A stretch of 64,000 nucleotides of DNA. Source: Macrostomum hystrix (lineage: Eukaryota > Animalia > Platyhelminthes). The notes under the pieces were generated by a model that worked only from the letters and a program-made list of their open reading frames with translations, was not told where the DNA came from and did not search any database. This document shows positions 1-12,568 of this stretch, piece by piece (within the stretch, counting starts at the first letter, position 1; every line of letters starts with the position of its first letter). The DNA lies in contig CATNEN010000003.1 of assembly GCA_950097015.1 (NCBI GenBank), positions 7,440,001 to 7,504,000 on the forward strand, given 5' to 3'. The position numbers were made by a program, and so were the translations under genes.

Positions 1-2306
1 GGCCTGTCCAGCGTCGCCGGCATCAGACGAGCCGTCAGTGCCAGCCAGCGAGAACTGGACCAGATCGCCAACTTCGCCATTGAAACCATCGCCAATAAGT
101 TCGCAGGACTCGAATTGATACGACTGACCGTCGGAACTGACCACACCTTTGCTGCTGCTGCTGTTGCCAGTTCCATTGCTCGAGGACGCGTGGATAACGC
201 CTTCCCGACGCGGTTCTCGATTAACGCCACCAGCTGGCGAATTTGCACCGCCGAAAGTCTCGACGGGATCGAGTTCAATAGCCGTGGCCCGACGCAGTCG
301 ATCCCGTCGATCCGTGCAGGCGTTGAATGTCACCCGATCGCCCGGTCGCAGGGTACATCGGCTGACCAAATCGGCCGAGTAGAATGGCAGCTGGATGAAT
401 GAGCCAGTGTCCGGGCACTGGTAGCTTACCTGGGCGAATATGGGATAAGAGTAACTTAGGGATAAGTACGTATGGGATTTAAAATAATTCAGCTTTTAAG
501 TAAAAAGTTGGGATTCCCGTAATTTTAAATGGGATTTTATTGAAAATAAACGGGATTTCAGTGAACATGGATGGGATTTCAGTGAACATGGATGGGATTT
601 CAGTGAACATGGATGGGATTTCAGTGAATATGGATTTGATTTCAGTGAACATGGATGGGATTTCAGTGAATGTGGATGGGATTTCAGTGAATATGGATTT
701 GATTTCAGTTAATATGGATGTGATTTCAGTGAATATGGATTTGATTTCAGTTAATATGGATGTGATTTCAGTGAATATGGATTTGATTTCAGTGAATATG
801 GATGGGATTTCAGTGAATATGAATGGGATTTCAGTGAATATGGATTTAATTTCAGTGAACATGGATGGGATTTCAGTGAATATGGAATTGATTTCAGTAT
901 TTGAATTGAATTTAATTGAAACATTTCAGCTCAGATCTTTGGTCTTTTAGACTCATAGCTAAGGTAATGACCGTAATAAAATAAAAAACCTAATAACTCA
1001 CCTGACCACTCAGTGGATCTTTTCTCTGATGAGTCGGCAGCCGCAGCAGGGTGCCAGTTAGTCTGCGCTGATCAATATCGGCAAATTTCACGCTACCCTG
1101 CGGCAGCAGTACAATATCCGTAGCTGTCTCCCGCCCGCTGCGACTCAATTGCAGACTGAACTCAACTGGCGAGCCCAGGGCCGGCTGACGACCTTCCGGA
1201 CAGCCGGAGAAATGAAAATGCACATCCTGTACGCGATCTTCGCGTTCTATAAATCCGTAGCCGTCTTTAATTGAGCTGACGATGCCGCGGCAGCGACTGG
1301 CGGCCGGACGGTGAATATTGACAGCCCAGGAGGCGCCTCCACGGATGTCCGCCTCGCCCGGACCGGAGGCCACCTGAGTGCAAGGAGATTCCGATGATTA
1401 GGGAAATCCTGATTGGAATTCCTTAACCACTAACACTCTAAAAACGGAATGCCCGCATTTTAGAAAATAGACAAAACTATACGAAGTTTCTTAACTGGGA
1501 AATCCCGTGACTAAGGAAATCCAATTAAGTATAAATAGTGTCAAAATAGGGGATTCCCGTGATTTAGGAAATTCCCTAAACTATACCTAGTCTAATAACT
1601 GGGAATTCCCGTGATTAGGGAAATCCAATAAAGTTTACTAATTGTCTAAATCGTGGATTCCCGTTTTCGGAAATACAATAAAATATACAGAGTCTCTGGA
1701 AAAGGAATTTTCGTGATTTAAAAACTTAAAATCTATAGTCATTGAAATGGGAATTCCCGTGATTTGGGAAATTCACCTAAATGTCGATTCTCTAAGTAGG
1801 GAGCTCCCCAGGCTCTGCAAGCAATTTACCTGAAAGAACACCAATTCGCCAGTATTGAGGGATTCTCCATTTCGCACAGCCTCCTGGTTGTAAGGCACGT
1901 AGAAATATTCGCCATTGAATACGTGCGCTATGCGACCAGGCTCGCCGGGTTTGCAGGCCGACACAACTGTGCCCTCCAACAGTGTGCCGCTAACTGTAGT
2001 CTGCTGCAGCTGCTGCTGCTGCTGATGCCTAGGTGAGCCGCCAGATAATTTAGTGACGCAATGGGCTTGCAATCGTTTGCCAGCTCTAGGATCGCGTCTA
2101 ATACGAAATTCGACAGAATCGCCAATGTTTAAACTGTCCGGCGGTTGATCTGGTGGCAAGTCTTTGAAGTGGAAGAATAGGCGGCCCTCGCTAGGTGAAA
2201 ATGATTTTATAAAGCCAAACGTGCCCTGCAGTTGATCGATGCGACCCTGACTAACTGTCTGCTGCTGCTGCTGCTGCTGCTGCTGAGTTGGCAATTCGGC
2301 TGACAT
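1..2306 (-). CDS. CSDE1: Cold shock domain-containing protein E1 (UNR)-like, 5' part; exons 2306-1830, 1373-1002, 429-<1
   Basis: Repeated cold-shock motifs (GTFGFIKS..RLFFHF, GYGFIERED..VHFHFS, DRRDRLRRATAIE). GT-AG phase-0 introns join the ORFs; frame stays open to the window edge. Confidence 0.85.
545..900. repeat. 21-bp minisatellite (GATTTCAGTGAATATGGATGG) in CSDE1 intron 2
   Basis: About 17 tandem units read directly. Confidence 0.95.
1380..1775. repeat. Degenerate ~60-bp tandem repeat with palindromic core GGGAATTCCCGTGATT in CSDE1 intron 1
   Basis: Recurring GG(G)AATTCCCGTGATT(A)GGGAAAT motif. Confidence 0.7.
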
Positions 2307-2804
2307 GATAAAAAATAATTATCTTCGTAGGTAGCACAATTCGATAGGTTGAATGCCCGGTAGTTAGAATCGGTTTGTTTTTCTTTTTTAGTGTTCTTGA
2401 AATAATATTTTTTCCTTTTTTTCAATGTATAACTCTCGCCGAAGAAAAAAAATAGCGTTGATAATTAGACTCGAAGAAAAACTTATCGTGCGTAATTGTT
2501 CGTAGTGATTTGTTATAAATTATGTTTTAAAACTAAAAGCTTTTCGTTGCCAAAGACGGGTTTACTGAAAGATTAAGCACGGGTTTACTTGAGAATAACA
2601 AAACAAATTACTATAATTTTAGCATTCAGATTTTTTACTACGATCCTACTTACAGTAAAGATAAATAAATATATACACAAGAAGTCAATATTATTTGACA
2701 GATGATTTCACTTTGTATTTTACACTTTCCACGCAATTTTATCGCAAGTTACAGTTATCGCAAGCTACATATTACCGTTTTAGATGGAATAAAAAACATT
2801 TTAA

Positions 2805-3428
2805 CAGTAGAACTACCAAGGAGGGATTTTCCCCCTGACCATTTTTTTGCTGCACCCGAACCGAACAATGCAAGCACACGAAACTCAAGAACATGGGCCA
2901 ACTTTTTGTTGCGCATCTTCTGAAACAAGAAACAAGTCGCACAGCTCTTCAGACCGTCGAGATATTCAATGTTTCTGGCCGAAGGTCCGATTTTTCCCAT
3001 AAGAGCTAAGTGTATTTCATACACCCCAATACACGAATTTGCACTGCGGCTCAGTGCGGCCTTTCCAGACCTTCAAACTTTATCAGCATGTCACCCGAAT
3101 GTGCCTGCACTATCTCCGTCCTCGGTGGTCACCTACCTTTATCTAGACGGACTGCGGGACCTTCAAATGCAAAAAATGTGGAAATAGGCCACTCTGGACA
3201 CCCTGACGCGAATTTCTAAAATTTCACTGCTGAAGCCTAAAAATTAGGCGCAGCTCAACTACAGTACACCATCGCCTAGTCTGTCAACTAATCAGTCACC
3301 ACCCTGTTACCCTTACCCTCACCACCACGCGGTTAGCATTCAGGCGCTACCAAAAATGTTCTCATGGGGAGGGAAATCCCCCCCCTTGGTATAAAAACGG
3401 GCGGCAAAATGGCTTGGTAGTCCCACTG
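2805..3428. mobile_element. TTAA-flanked non-autonomous DNA transposon (piggyBac-like MITE)
   Basis: TIRs CAGTAGAACTACCAAG / CTTGGTAGTCCCACTG; TTAA at 2801-2804 and 3429-3432; related mini-copy at 33398-33482. Confidence 0.75.
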
Positions 3429-3600
3429 TTAATGACGAAGACAAAGACTATCGGCACAATTTTCTAATCACTTAGTTTAATTACATGTTAGATATTGAGA
3501 TCCAAAGTACCAAAAATCGAATTGGGTTTACAATCGGATTTGGGCAATAACAAAATATATGCAGGGGAAATACTGAATCAATAAAACTCAGCTTCCAATA

Positions 3601-4008
3601 TCAACTGCTTGTTTCATTATTGGCTTGAGCCGCTGACTCAGGATCATCGAATGCTCGTCTGGCCCTTTTTAAAACCTCGTTAATAGTAAGTAGCTCTCGA
3701 ACTCTTGAGTACTTTTTCGGATCTCGCCTAACAACATATTCGATGTCTTCAACGCCGATGCGCCCGGGCTTGCCAACTTCGGCTGCTCGACGCGACACAG
3801 AACAGATATAGGACACGACCAGCTCTTCTAGGAGTGAAACTGTCTCCTTGTAAGGATTTTCATCGTCGCCAAAGCCGTAGAGCATAGCTTTGATCTCTTT
3901 GCTAAACAGTTCTCCTCGGCCACGCCTGCCTAGAGCTGCACTCGACGGGGCGGCGTCCTCTTCGTCATCATCAACACCGACATCTGTGATTGATTCACTT
4001 TCAGCCAT
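3601..4008 (-). CDS. TAF13: TFIID subunit 13 (histone fold), intronless CDS
   Basis: LFSKEIKAMLYGFGDDENPYKETVSLLEELV...RRDPKKYSRVRELL...LKRARRAFD matches the TAF13 signature. Confidence 0.93.
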   Translation of the reverse strand: MAESESITDVGVDDDEEDAAPSSAALGRRGRGELFSKEIKAMLYGFGDDENPYKETVSLLEELVVSYICSVSRRAAEVGKPGRIGVEDIEYVVRRDPKKYSRVRELLTINEVLKRARRAFDDPESAAQANNETSS

Positions 4009-6318
4009 GTCTGCTAGCTCAATTAACTACCCTTGAAATCTTAAAAATTGCTCTGAAAATATTTTAACAACATTTTTATTGAGGAGTTTAATGCTTATTG
4101 TTATTTTTTCGGCCGATCATATTCTATAATGATCAATGAAAAAATAAAAAATCTATGAATCAACGAATGATGAATTGAGCATATATTGCACAAGTTGCTG
4201 CTTGGTGGGTTCCTTAACTCCTGACAACAGCCCAGCAACAAAAAAGGACTCTAATATGCAGTCAGTTTCCAAATGTTAAATGTAACAAATCTGATTTTCT
4301 TGGCATTCTGGTCACTGGTGATAATAATTGGTTTCACTATTACAAGTCAGAGACCCGGCACCTGAGCAGGTCGCGCCTGTCTGTGGAGTCAGCTGAGAAA
4401 CATTTATAATAGTTTTCTGAGACATAACGATATAAGGCATATTTGCTGATTAAATGACTACCAGATTTTTCTGACTGTAGAACCTTAATTCTCAGATTTA
4501 CTCTGAACTCATAAGTTACTGAGTGAAAGTAAACAAGTTAAGCACAATGAAATGATAAAGAGGCCGATGGTTTCTTGACTCCCCAGACCCAGACTACTGA
4601 CTGCTTTCACAGGATAAAGAACTCCTTCATGGGCATTACTACAATAGCCCTTTAATTTAATTTAATTGAAAAGTAGGTCTTTTTTAATAAGTTTGGTGTC
4701 AAAAGAAGCACACAAAAGATCTATAAGCCACCGAAAACTGCTTTGCAATCAGACCTCTACATCCTGAGCTATGCTCAAAAGGGAAAGGACTTTTGGAACT
4801 CCCCTCATAGATACCATAAATAATCTTGTGTTTGAGATTTGTGAAACTCAACAAGCACCCATAGTGCCAGATCATGTATTCACAACGTTACTCATTATTT
4901 TGAAATGTTGCAGTATTAATCATATTTCTGTTTCCTCAATGTTAAAACTAGGTTGCAATCGCAATAAATTAGTTTATTCTTGCATACTGCATTTTATTTA
5001 TTCTACTGTTAGTACAAATACGTGCATTAGATTTGTGCAGCACAACTTTAAAGTACTTGACTTGAGTCAAGTAAGTCAACTTTAAAGTAAGAAAGCATTA
5101 TTTTTTGTGGGTAACAAGCAATCTGTAGTGCCAATTTTGTCTAGATATAGATTTTTCTTTGGTAAATACCTAACTAAAATACATTATAATTTTTATATAT
5201 TTCTGTTCTATTTCATTCCATATTAAATAATTTGTACTTCAAAATATGAAAGCAGTAAACATCTAAGTGATTTAAATTTTGCATGTTTTGATTAGAAATG
5301 TGATGAGATTATATTAAAGAAAATATCTAAATACCTACATTCAAACAATAATTTGTTTGTAATTTTTCTGTTTTGTATAGAAATCCTATTTATACTGTTT
5401 ATTGTACACCGGAAAGTGTAGAGAGTAGTAAAATATTACATCTGCTTAAACGTGCTACTTAAATTAATATCACAAGGAAACCTTAGATAGAGTGTTTCAT
5501 CTATTTTTAGGAATGAGTCATGCACTATTTTTAGAAACAAAGTCATGTGACATGAAACCAGAGAACCGGTTCTCGACAGCTGTATTTGCTTGAATTCCAA
5601 ATATGGTAAAACAAACAATTATGACTCATCGGTTTCTGCATCTGTATTTACACAATATTCCAAATATGGCATAACTCACAATCATGACTCACTAAACAAC
5701 TATGTGTGACCTAAGTAAACAACAGGTAGTAGAACTGGTTTTTCCCAAAATTTTACAATAAATACAAGCGAAAATCCAAGCTGAAAATTTAGACTCGGAG
5801 CAGTCCACCGGACTTCAAAACATCTTACGAAGAAGAGGAGTCATCTCTGAGGGAAAGACAAGTGGTAAGCACTTTACTAGACAGAGTTATTTATTGCTAG
5901 CAATTGTTGTTGAATTGAACTAAGTTTACGAGAGACACATATTGTGGATACATTTGAGTAAGGCCTCCTTGTTTCCTAGGATACATTCCTAGAGGATAAT
6001 TGATTGATTTGATTTGAATTATCTGTTATCTTTCAGAGGTAACGAAGAAGATGCCCTTCAGGAGGACCTCATTAGAGATATACAAGAGAGATTTCAATTG
6101 TTCACTACTGCGCACATTTATTATTGTGAATTCCAAGCTTGAGGAAACTGACAAGTAATCTGATTCACTCTCGTCATTTATTGACCAACAGACAAACTCA
6201 AGCAGCTGCCAAGAAGACAAGACTACAAAGACTCAAGAAGCACAGACTCGAAACCTCATGGTCAACCAGAATAAGAAGAAGAAGAACAAGGACTACAAGG
6301 ACCCAGAAGACTACAAAC

Positions 6319-6562
6319 CATACATGTGCAACCTCCCAAATCATAGCCGGCCTTAGTTTTTGCTCTATTTATGACTTAGATTGCTCTCATTTGCTCTATT
6401 TTTCTCTCCCCTTTTTCCTCTTCTTCATGTCTTCCTTTTTTGTCGCTTGGTCCCCCCTTAGATTTTTTTGCACTTGGTTGATTGGTTTTTGCAACTTACC
6501 TTGCTTGGCCCTCGTTTCACCCAGCTGGTTTGGCCAGGTCAGCCGGGTGTTGCACAAGCATG
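6319..6562. mobile_element. MITE family A copy 1 (8-bp TSD, hAT/P-like)
   Basis: TIR CATACATGTGCAAC...GTTGCACAAGCATG; TSD CTACAAAC at 6311-6318 and 6563-6570. Confidence 0.85.
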
Positions 6563-7210
6563 CTACAAACTACTTAAGGAATAAGAAGCAATTCAGTAAG
6601 TGTCACGTGACTGTTATAAATTCCTAGGCAATTGTTCCCCATTGTCTAGAAGTGGGAGTTTCGTGTGTCTGATCAACACATAAAACTCTTCAAAAGCTCA
6701 GAGGATGCTAATGTCAGGTCAGAAGACTAGCTAACCAGTGATTACCATACATTGCCATAACAACAAAGCAATAATGTTACTAGCACTATGGCATGATAAC
6801 ATTTGCCACTACATTTTAACTGTTGTGGCAACTTTAGTGACAACATATCAAAATCATTAAATGACAACATTGGAATGACTTCATGGCAATGTACTTGGCA
6901 GGTAATGTCCTTCAGAGTAACTATGACAATGCTCAAAACCATTAAAAAGTATAGGTTCACTAATGAAAGTTATTATCATCACTAGGACATGAATTTTTTT
7001 AAAGCAATATGTGCTTTAAACTCTTTAAACTCTTTAAGTTCTTGCAACTGCTTTAACTGTTCTTGCTCATTTGCTATAAATGAGTTAAAACTACAAATAT
7101 TTGTCAATTTACCAAGTTCTTTAGCTATTAAAGTTAGTTTCACATATAAGCAGAAGCATATAAGCATATTTCTCAATTATGATGTGTTCTGTTATCTCAT
7201 ATCTCATATA

Positions 7211-8570
7211 CTATGGGTGTGTCATAAGTAATGTCACTGTGGTTGTTGTGTGGGAACCCAAAGCAATAATCATCCAAATATATTATATTCTGAAAGTAAA
7301 TTTATTGAGAAGTTGCCACCACACCTGAGCAGCAATTTTAATATCTATGGCCAAAACTGTTGCAAGAATTTGTTAATCAGATTTAGCAAGTGCAACACGA
7401 TGAAATCTTCTTTTTGCAACGAGCAAAACTCAACGTGAATCACGACAAGACGCACATCCAGTTCTACGCTTTCATTTGCTTCAAGCTTGGAAAATCTGCA
7501 CTTGAAGTAGAGGAGGATCTCCGGAACACACTGCCAGACAACTGCCCAACTCGCAGGACAATTTACAGGTGGTTTCAGAACTTTACTGATCCTGGGTTCG
7601 AATTGGGAGATGCTGCCAGATCTGGACAACCATGTTCAACCAGGACAATAGAGAACATCGAATTCATCAGCGACCTGGTCAAGGAAGACCCGCGGCACTC
7701 TGTCAGGGAGCTAGCGGACTGCTTGGAGATTGATTTCAAGACAGTCCATCGCATCTTGACAGAGGATCTCCATCTCCGAAATGTCTGCTTGGTCTGGGTG
7801 CCCCATGACCTCACTGCGGACCAACGTCAGGCCCGTGTGAACTGCGCCAATCAGATCTGCAAGGTGTTCAGCAGCCGGGGCTTGGATGACATCCTAAACT
7901 GCCTGGTTGTTGAGGATGAGACCTGGCTCCACCTGGATGGCAAAAGCAGCAAGGCAGACAATCACTGCTGGCTGGGAGCTGGGGACTCCAGGCTGACTGT
8001 GACCAGGAGGTCCATCTCAGACAAGAAGACCATGCTGCTGGTGGCATTCATGCCAAACAAACGAGTCTCCATCTGTACAACTCCGCCAAACACCAAGGTC
8101 GATGGCCAGTACTTCATCGACTTTGTCCAACACACTGGGAACCTCTGGCGCACGCTCCGGTCAAACCCGATTCACCTGAACGAAGTTCTGTGGCAGATGG
8201 ACAACACACAGCCCCACACCTGTCAGGCTGTTTCGGATTTTCTGGCTGGATGGCGAGTAAATCTGCTCTGGCAGAGTCCCTACAGCCCAGACTTCAACTT
8301 GTGTGACAGGTTTCTCTTTAAATGGCTGAAGGCAGACTTTTCCCAGAGAAGTTTCGCAAACCATGATGAGGTCAAAGAAGCCGCGTTGCACTGGTTCCGA
8401 CAGCTGGAGGAAAAACACCTGCAGGCTGAGGTAGAGAAGCTGTACAAGCACTGCCAGAGGGTGATTGATATTGGGGGACACTATGTTGTTGATTGATACA
8501 GTTTCGTTCATCTGCGATTGTTAGTTGGTCTGTTTTACCCTCAGTGACATTACTTATGACACACCCGAAG
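7211..8570 (+). mobile_element. Mariner (DD34D) transposon; transposase ORF 7390-8496 without a clear ATG
   Basis: TIRs sharing GGGTGTGTCATAAGTAATGTCACTG, TA on both flanks; motifs WVPHDL, EDETW, MDNTQPH, YSPDFNLCD. Confidence 0.92.
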
Positions 8571-9039
8571 TATCTCATTTTCTTGTATATATTTCTCAAT
8601 AAGACTATTTTCTTTCTCTCATTCATGACATATTTTTCTTTCATCAGCAGAGAGAAGAAGACAAAAAATATATAGTGAAGAAAAGAAGAAAAACAAAGTA
8701 GAAAAGATAGACAAGAAAGACAGAAAAAGCAGAAGAGAAAGAAAGTTAGTAATTAAAGGATGAGAAACATTATTGACTAGAAAAGAGAACTATAAGGAAG
8801 ACTTATCCCTTATCTACAACTTAGTTCACATGGAGTTCACACTTTGGTGCATATTTTATTGTCCAAAAATCTCAACTTCTTAGCATGTATCGAAGAGCAG
8901 CAAAAAGCCTGCAAAGTTAACAAACGACCATTACCATAGAACTCTCTTGTTAAAAGTGATCTTAGTAGCATGATTTGTGACTTTCAGAGCAGTTAATTGC
9001 ATTATCTGATTAGTTGTACTATACTAGAAATATACTAGA

Positions 9040-10105
9040 ATGGCTCCTTTGACTGCTGCTGAAAAGCAGAAGCAGTATCGCATACGAAATGCAGCAACAT
9101 TGAAGGAGAAGGAACATGAAAGGAGCAAGCAGAGGCGTCGCCAGCGCTCTGAAGCTCAGAACATTGTGCAGGCTGCTCAAGCCAAGGCCCGCTACTCATC
9201 CTTTGTGGGGCAAAAGAGAGCTGCTGCCGCTGATGTTGGCAACCAGTCAGGTCTGGCATCCTCGTCATATCAGACAAAGCAGTCTGTGTCACGTGCATTG
9301 AACAAGTGAGATTTCATGAGGGTTGAAGTAAATGTTGCCTTTAGAGAATTTGTATCTGTACAGTTCAATTAGATAAATTTAGTTTCATTTTATAGGGTTC
9401 GTGAGGCACTCCCTAAGATGCCAGAGTGACGACAAGAGATTCTCTTGCGCCTCAACCTGGCTTACAATGTGCCTCTCCCCAAGCAAGTCAAGAGATGCTG
9501 TATTTCAGAAGAAACTTTGACTGCTGTCACAAACTTCTTTGTCCAGGATGACATTTCTACATGTTCTCCTGGAAGAAAGGACTTTGTCAGCATCAAAGGT
9601 CAGGCTATCCAAAAGCGGTACCTTCAAATGAGTTTGAGGGAGGCGCATAATCTGTTCGGCCAGGAGTCGGAACACATGATCTCCTTGGCCAAGTTTAGCT
9701 TGCTTTGGCCAGGCCATGTTGTGCCATTCGGAGACACTCCTGTTTACTCGTGCTGCTGCCTACAGCATGAAAATTTTAAGAGGTAAGTTTATGAGATATC
9801 TGAAGATTTATTTTAACTGTTCTGTTGACAGTGATTGACTTAAACTTAATCTACACTGAGCTCTGCACTTTTGCAGTGTGTGCAATGCCCTGGCACAAAA
9901 GATTCCGGCTCTACAGGCCTACTCATCTGACTGGCTGACACAGATGGTCTACTGTGGCCCTCAGCCAACCCCGGACTGCTTTCGGGGCACATGCGACATC
10001 TGCAGTGGCCTGCAGCACCATCGGATCCTCAAGCCGAATGCCGACGATCATGGTCTGGTTGAAGGTATTAGCTTCTGCTTCTGGTCGCGAAACGAGACGT
10101 CGCAT
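9040..10105 (+). pseudogene. Truncated, spliced Sola2-like transposase remnant (exons ~9040-9305, 9396-9782, 9877-10105; in-frame TGA near 9427)
   Basis: SPGRKDFVS..QKRYL..LREAHNLF..SLAKFSLLWP..CCCLQHENFK..CFRGTCDIC resembles the Sola2 N-terminal region as recalled; GT-AG junctions keep the frame. Confidence 0.55.
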
Positions 10106-10899
10106 GTATTTTATACATACAGCACTGTATTTTATCTTCTTTGAGTATTCTTTGTTTTTTGCCTTTTGTCAGTTGATTTTTGTAACTTACTATGTTTGGC
10201 CCTCATTTAACCAAGCCAATTTGGCAGGGTTGGACAGGTGTTGCTTACATATATTTGAAATTATGACAGGCCAAAGTTCAGTTAAAACAATTTAGATAGT
10301 AATACATACTAAGTACTGCAACAAAAGCAAAAAACAGAAAATGAAACCTGCATAGAGAAAAATGGACTAGTCAGACAGATCAGATGTTTAGAATGATTAT
10401 TGCCTACAGATTTTCTGGCTATAGTGGGTCTCTGCCATAATTGAGAAGGTGGCACCGCAACACATTTTTGCCTCTCCCAAAATTGTGTGCATCAACTCAA
10501 AAAGCCTTGTGCATGCAGCATCATTGTTCACCTGTCACTACCTGCCTTGCAACAATAAGACTTTTTTATAACATAGCAACAATTTTTGTGAGACATAATA
10601 TTTTCACTAAGCCCTACCCAAATAACAACTTTAATATTACTATGGTACCAGCATTCAAAGAATACAGGTATACACTAGAGGCAAGACAAGACTCAAGAGT
10701 CACAAGATGAGAGGAGATTAGGCAATCTTGCAGTTTCGCATGTTTACTTATTTTTAATTTTAAATCATTTCAGATGGCAACATAACGAAACACAACATAA
10801 CAAAATGCAATAGGAGACAACAAGAGACAGTCAGACACATGCTAGAAACCTCAGATTCTGCACCAATTACACTAGGCTAGTAGTGAGCCACCCAGAATA

Positions 10900-11758
10900 G
10901 AAGATTCCCAAAGATCTTCCATGGGAAGCACCAGCGCCAGAGAGACTCTTCTAGGTGTCTCGAATAGCGCCTTTGATGTTCCATGCATGGACCGCAGTCT
11001 GGCCTTGACATGGGCCCAGGAGCAAAGAGAACAGTTTTAGACAGTTGGGCCTGGAGTTGTAACACCTGCCATGGCCAATCTTCAGTGCGAAAGGGCTCCT
11101 TTTTTGAAGGCAGCCATATCGACTTGCCATGCCTTTTTGAATTTGTGATGCTCTGGTCGATGGAGCTGTCACTGGAGGAGATCAAACGGCAGACAAGGAT
11201 TGCCCACTCCTGCACTGCACATGGATTGGGCAAACTTCTGCTGCGACGTCTGTTGTGAATATCTGCAGGCGCACCCAGTGCAGCTTGGCGGCCCGGGATA
11301 TGAGGTGGAGATAGATGAGTCACTGTTTTTCTACCAGAAATATCAGCAAGGCGCCCACTAGAATGGCACCTGGGTCCTCGGAATGGTGGAACGCGGAACT
11401 AATAAGACCGTCATGGTGCCAGTTGCCAACCACCGAGCCAAGACACTGTTTCCCATCATCTAGCAGCATGTTCTCCCCGGTACACACATTCTCAGATGGC
11501 TGGAAGGCCTTTGGCGCCCTACCCAACCATGCGGTGGTCAATCACCGCCAGGCCTTTGTGAACCCACAGGATCCCAATGTCCACACGAATCTTGTCGAGG
11601 GTATGTGGGCCCACGCGAAATGCAACTTGCGTAACATGTATGGCATGCAGCCGCAGCTATTTGAAATGTAACTGCAGGAATTTCTGTGGTGCAAGAACTT
11701 CCCGCATCCCCACTTCCGGCACTTCCTGCACTGTATCACAGAGCAGTACCCAATGTAG
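10900..11758 (+). pseudogene. Degenerate Merlin (IS1595/ISXO2-like) transposase
   Basis: WSCNTC..SVRKGSFFEGS, QLGGPG*EVEIDESLF, WVLGMVER, SDGWKAF, VNH..FVNP..HTNLVEGMW; stops and frameshifts. Confidence 0.85.
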
Positions 11759-11925
11759 CTTCTGTGAAGCTTCTGCTGTAGCTTCTACGCAAAGGACATT
11801 ATTCTGACATTTCTCAATGTTACCCGTTATCCTTGTTACGCCAGTTATCGTTTTTTTTGCAAATTTGAGTTTAACGAACAAAACCAAGGGCATAGGCCTA
11901 CTTATGCCAAAAATTGAGATTGTTA

Positions 11926-12568
11926 GGGTAATGTATCATCAACCAAACAAGAATGTGTATTTTTTTAACTTCAAACATATGCTACAGATTTTCTATTTAA
12001 GATATGATGATAAATCAAAAGCCAAGTTATAGAAAACAGTTATATCTTTCTAAAAAGTATCTGCTTTTGCTTTTTTGTCAAATAGAAAAAAGGTTATTTG
12101 TGTTTTATATCTAAAACCAAACAATGATTTTTATGTATCTTCAAACCAAACAGAGAATTTGATGTTCGGTTTTACAATTTGAGTGAGTGGTTTAATCTTA
12201 TTTTAAGGAGTGAGCTAGTGAGAATTATGTCATTTGAAAGCATTTTTCATGCTCTATAAATAACTACATTTATGGTCATTAAATTGGCAAGCAACCAAAT
12301 ACAATCTTCGTCTAAAGTACATACTGAGAAAATGTTGTTATAAAGTAAGCTTTTGCAATAAAAATTTCTACTGAAACATCAATATCTTTCTTTTCTCTTA
12401 ATGTTTCATTGCACATCATGCCTCAGCTTGTAGATAATTTCTTCAACTTTTAAATTATTTGTTCTGTGAAACACAATAGCTTGTTTCTGTCTTGCAGCAG
12501 ACCAAGGAAGGAGTCAAAATTCTTGTTCGGTTTTGAAGATACACTGTTCGGTTGATGATACATTACCC
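11926..12568. mobile_element. MITE with GGGTAATGTATCATCAACC TIRs (Harbinger-like TTA/TAA flanks)
   Basis: Perfect 19-bp TIR plus subterminal inverted repeats; superfamily uncertain. Confidence 0.7.

Noticed and set aside
2549-2595. Resemblance to a flatworm spliced-leader sequence
   Set aside because: Only patchy similarity from memory, with no donor site or Sm site; more likely a duplicated ACGGGTTTACT promoter motif.
5760-6720. Decayed coding-like sequence around MITE copy 1
   Set aside because: Multiple stops and no recognisable domain; cannot be assigned without a search.
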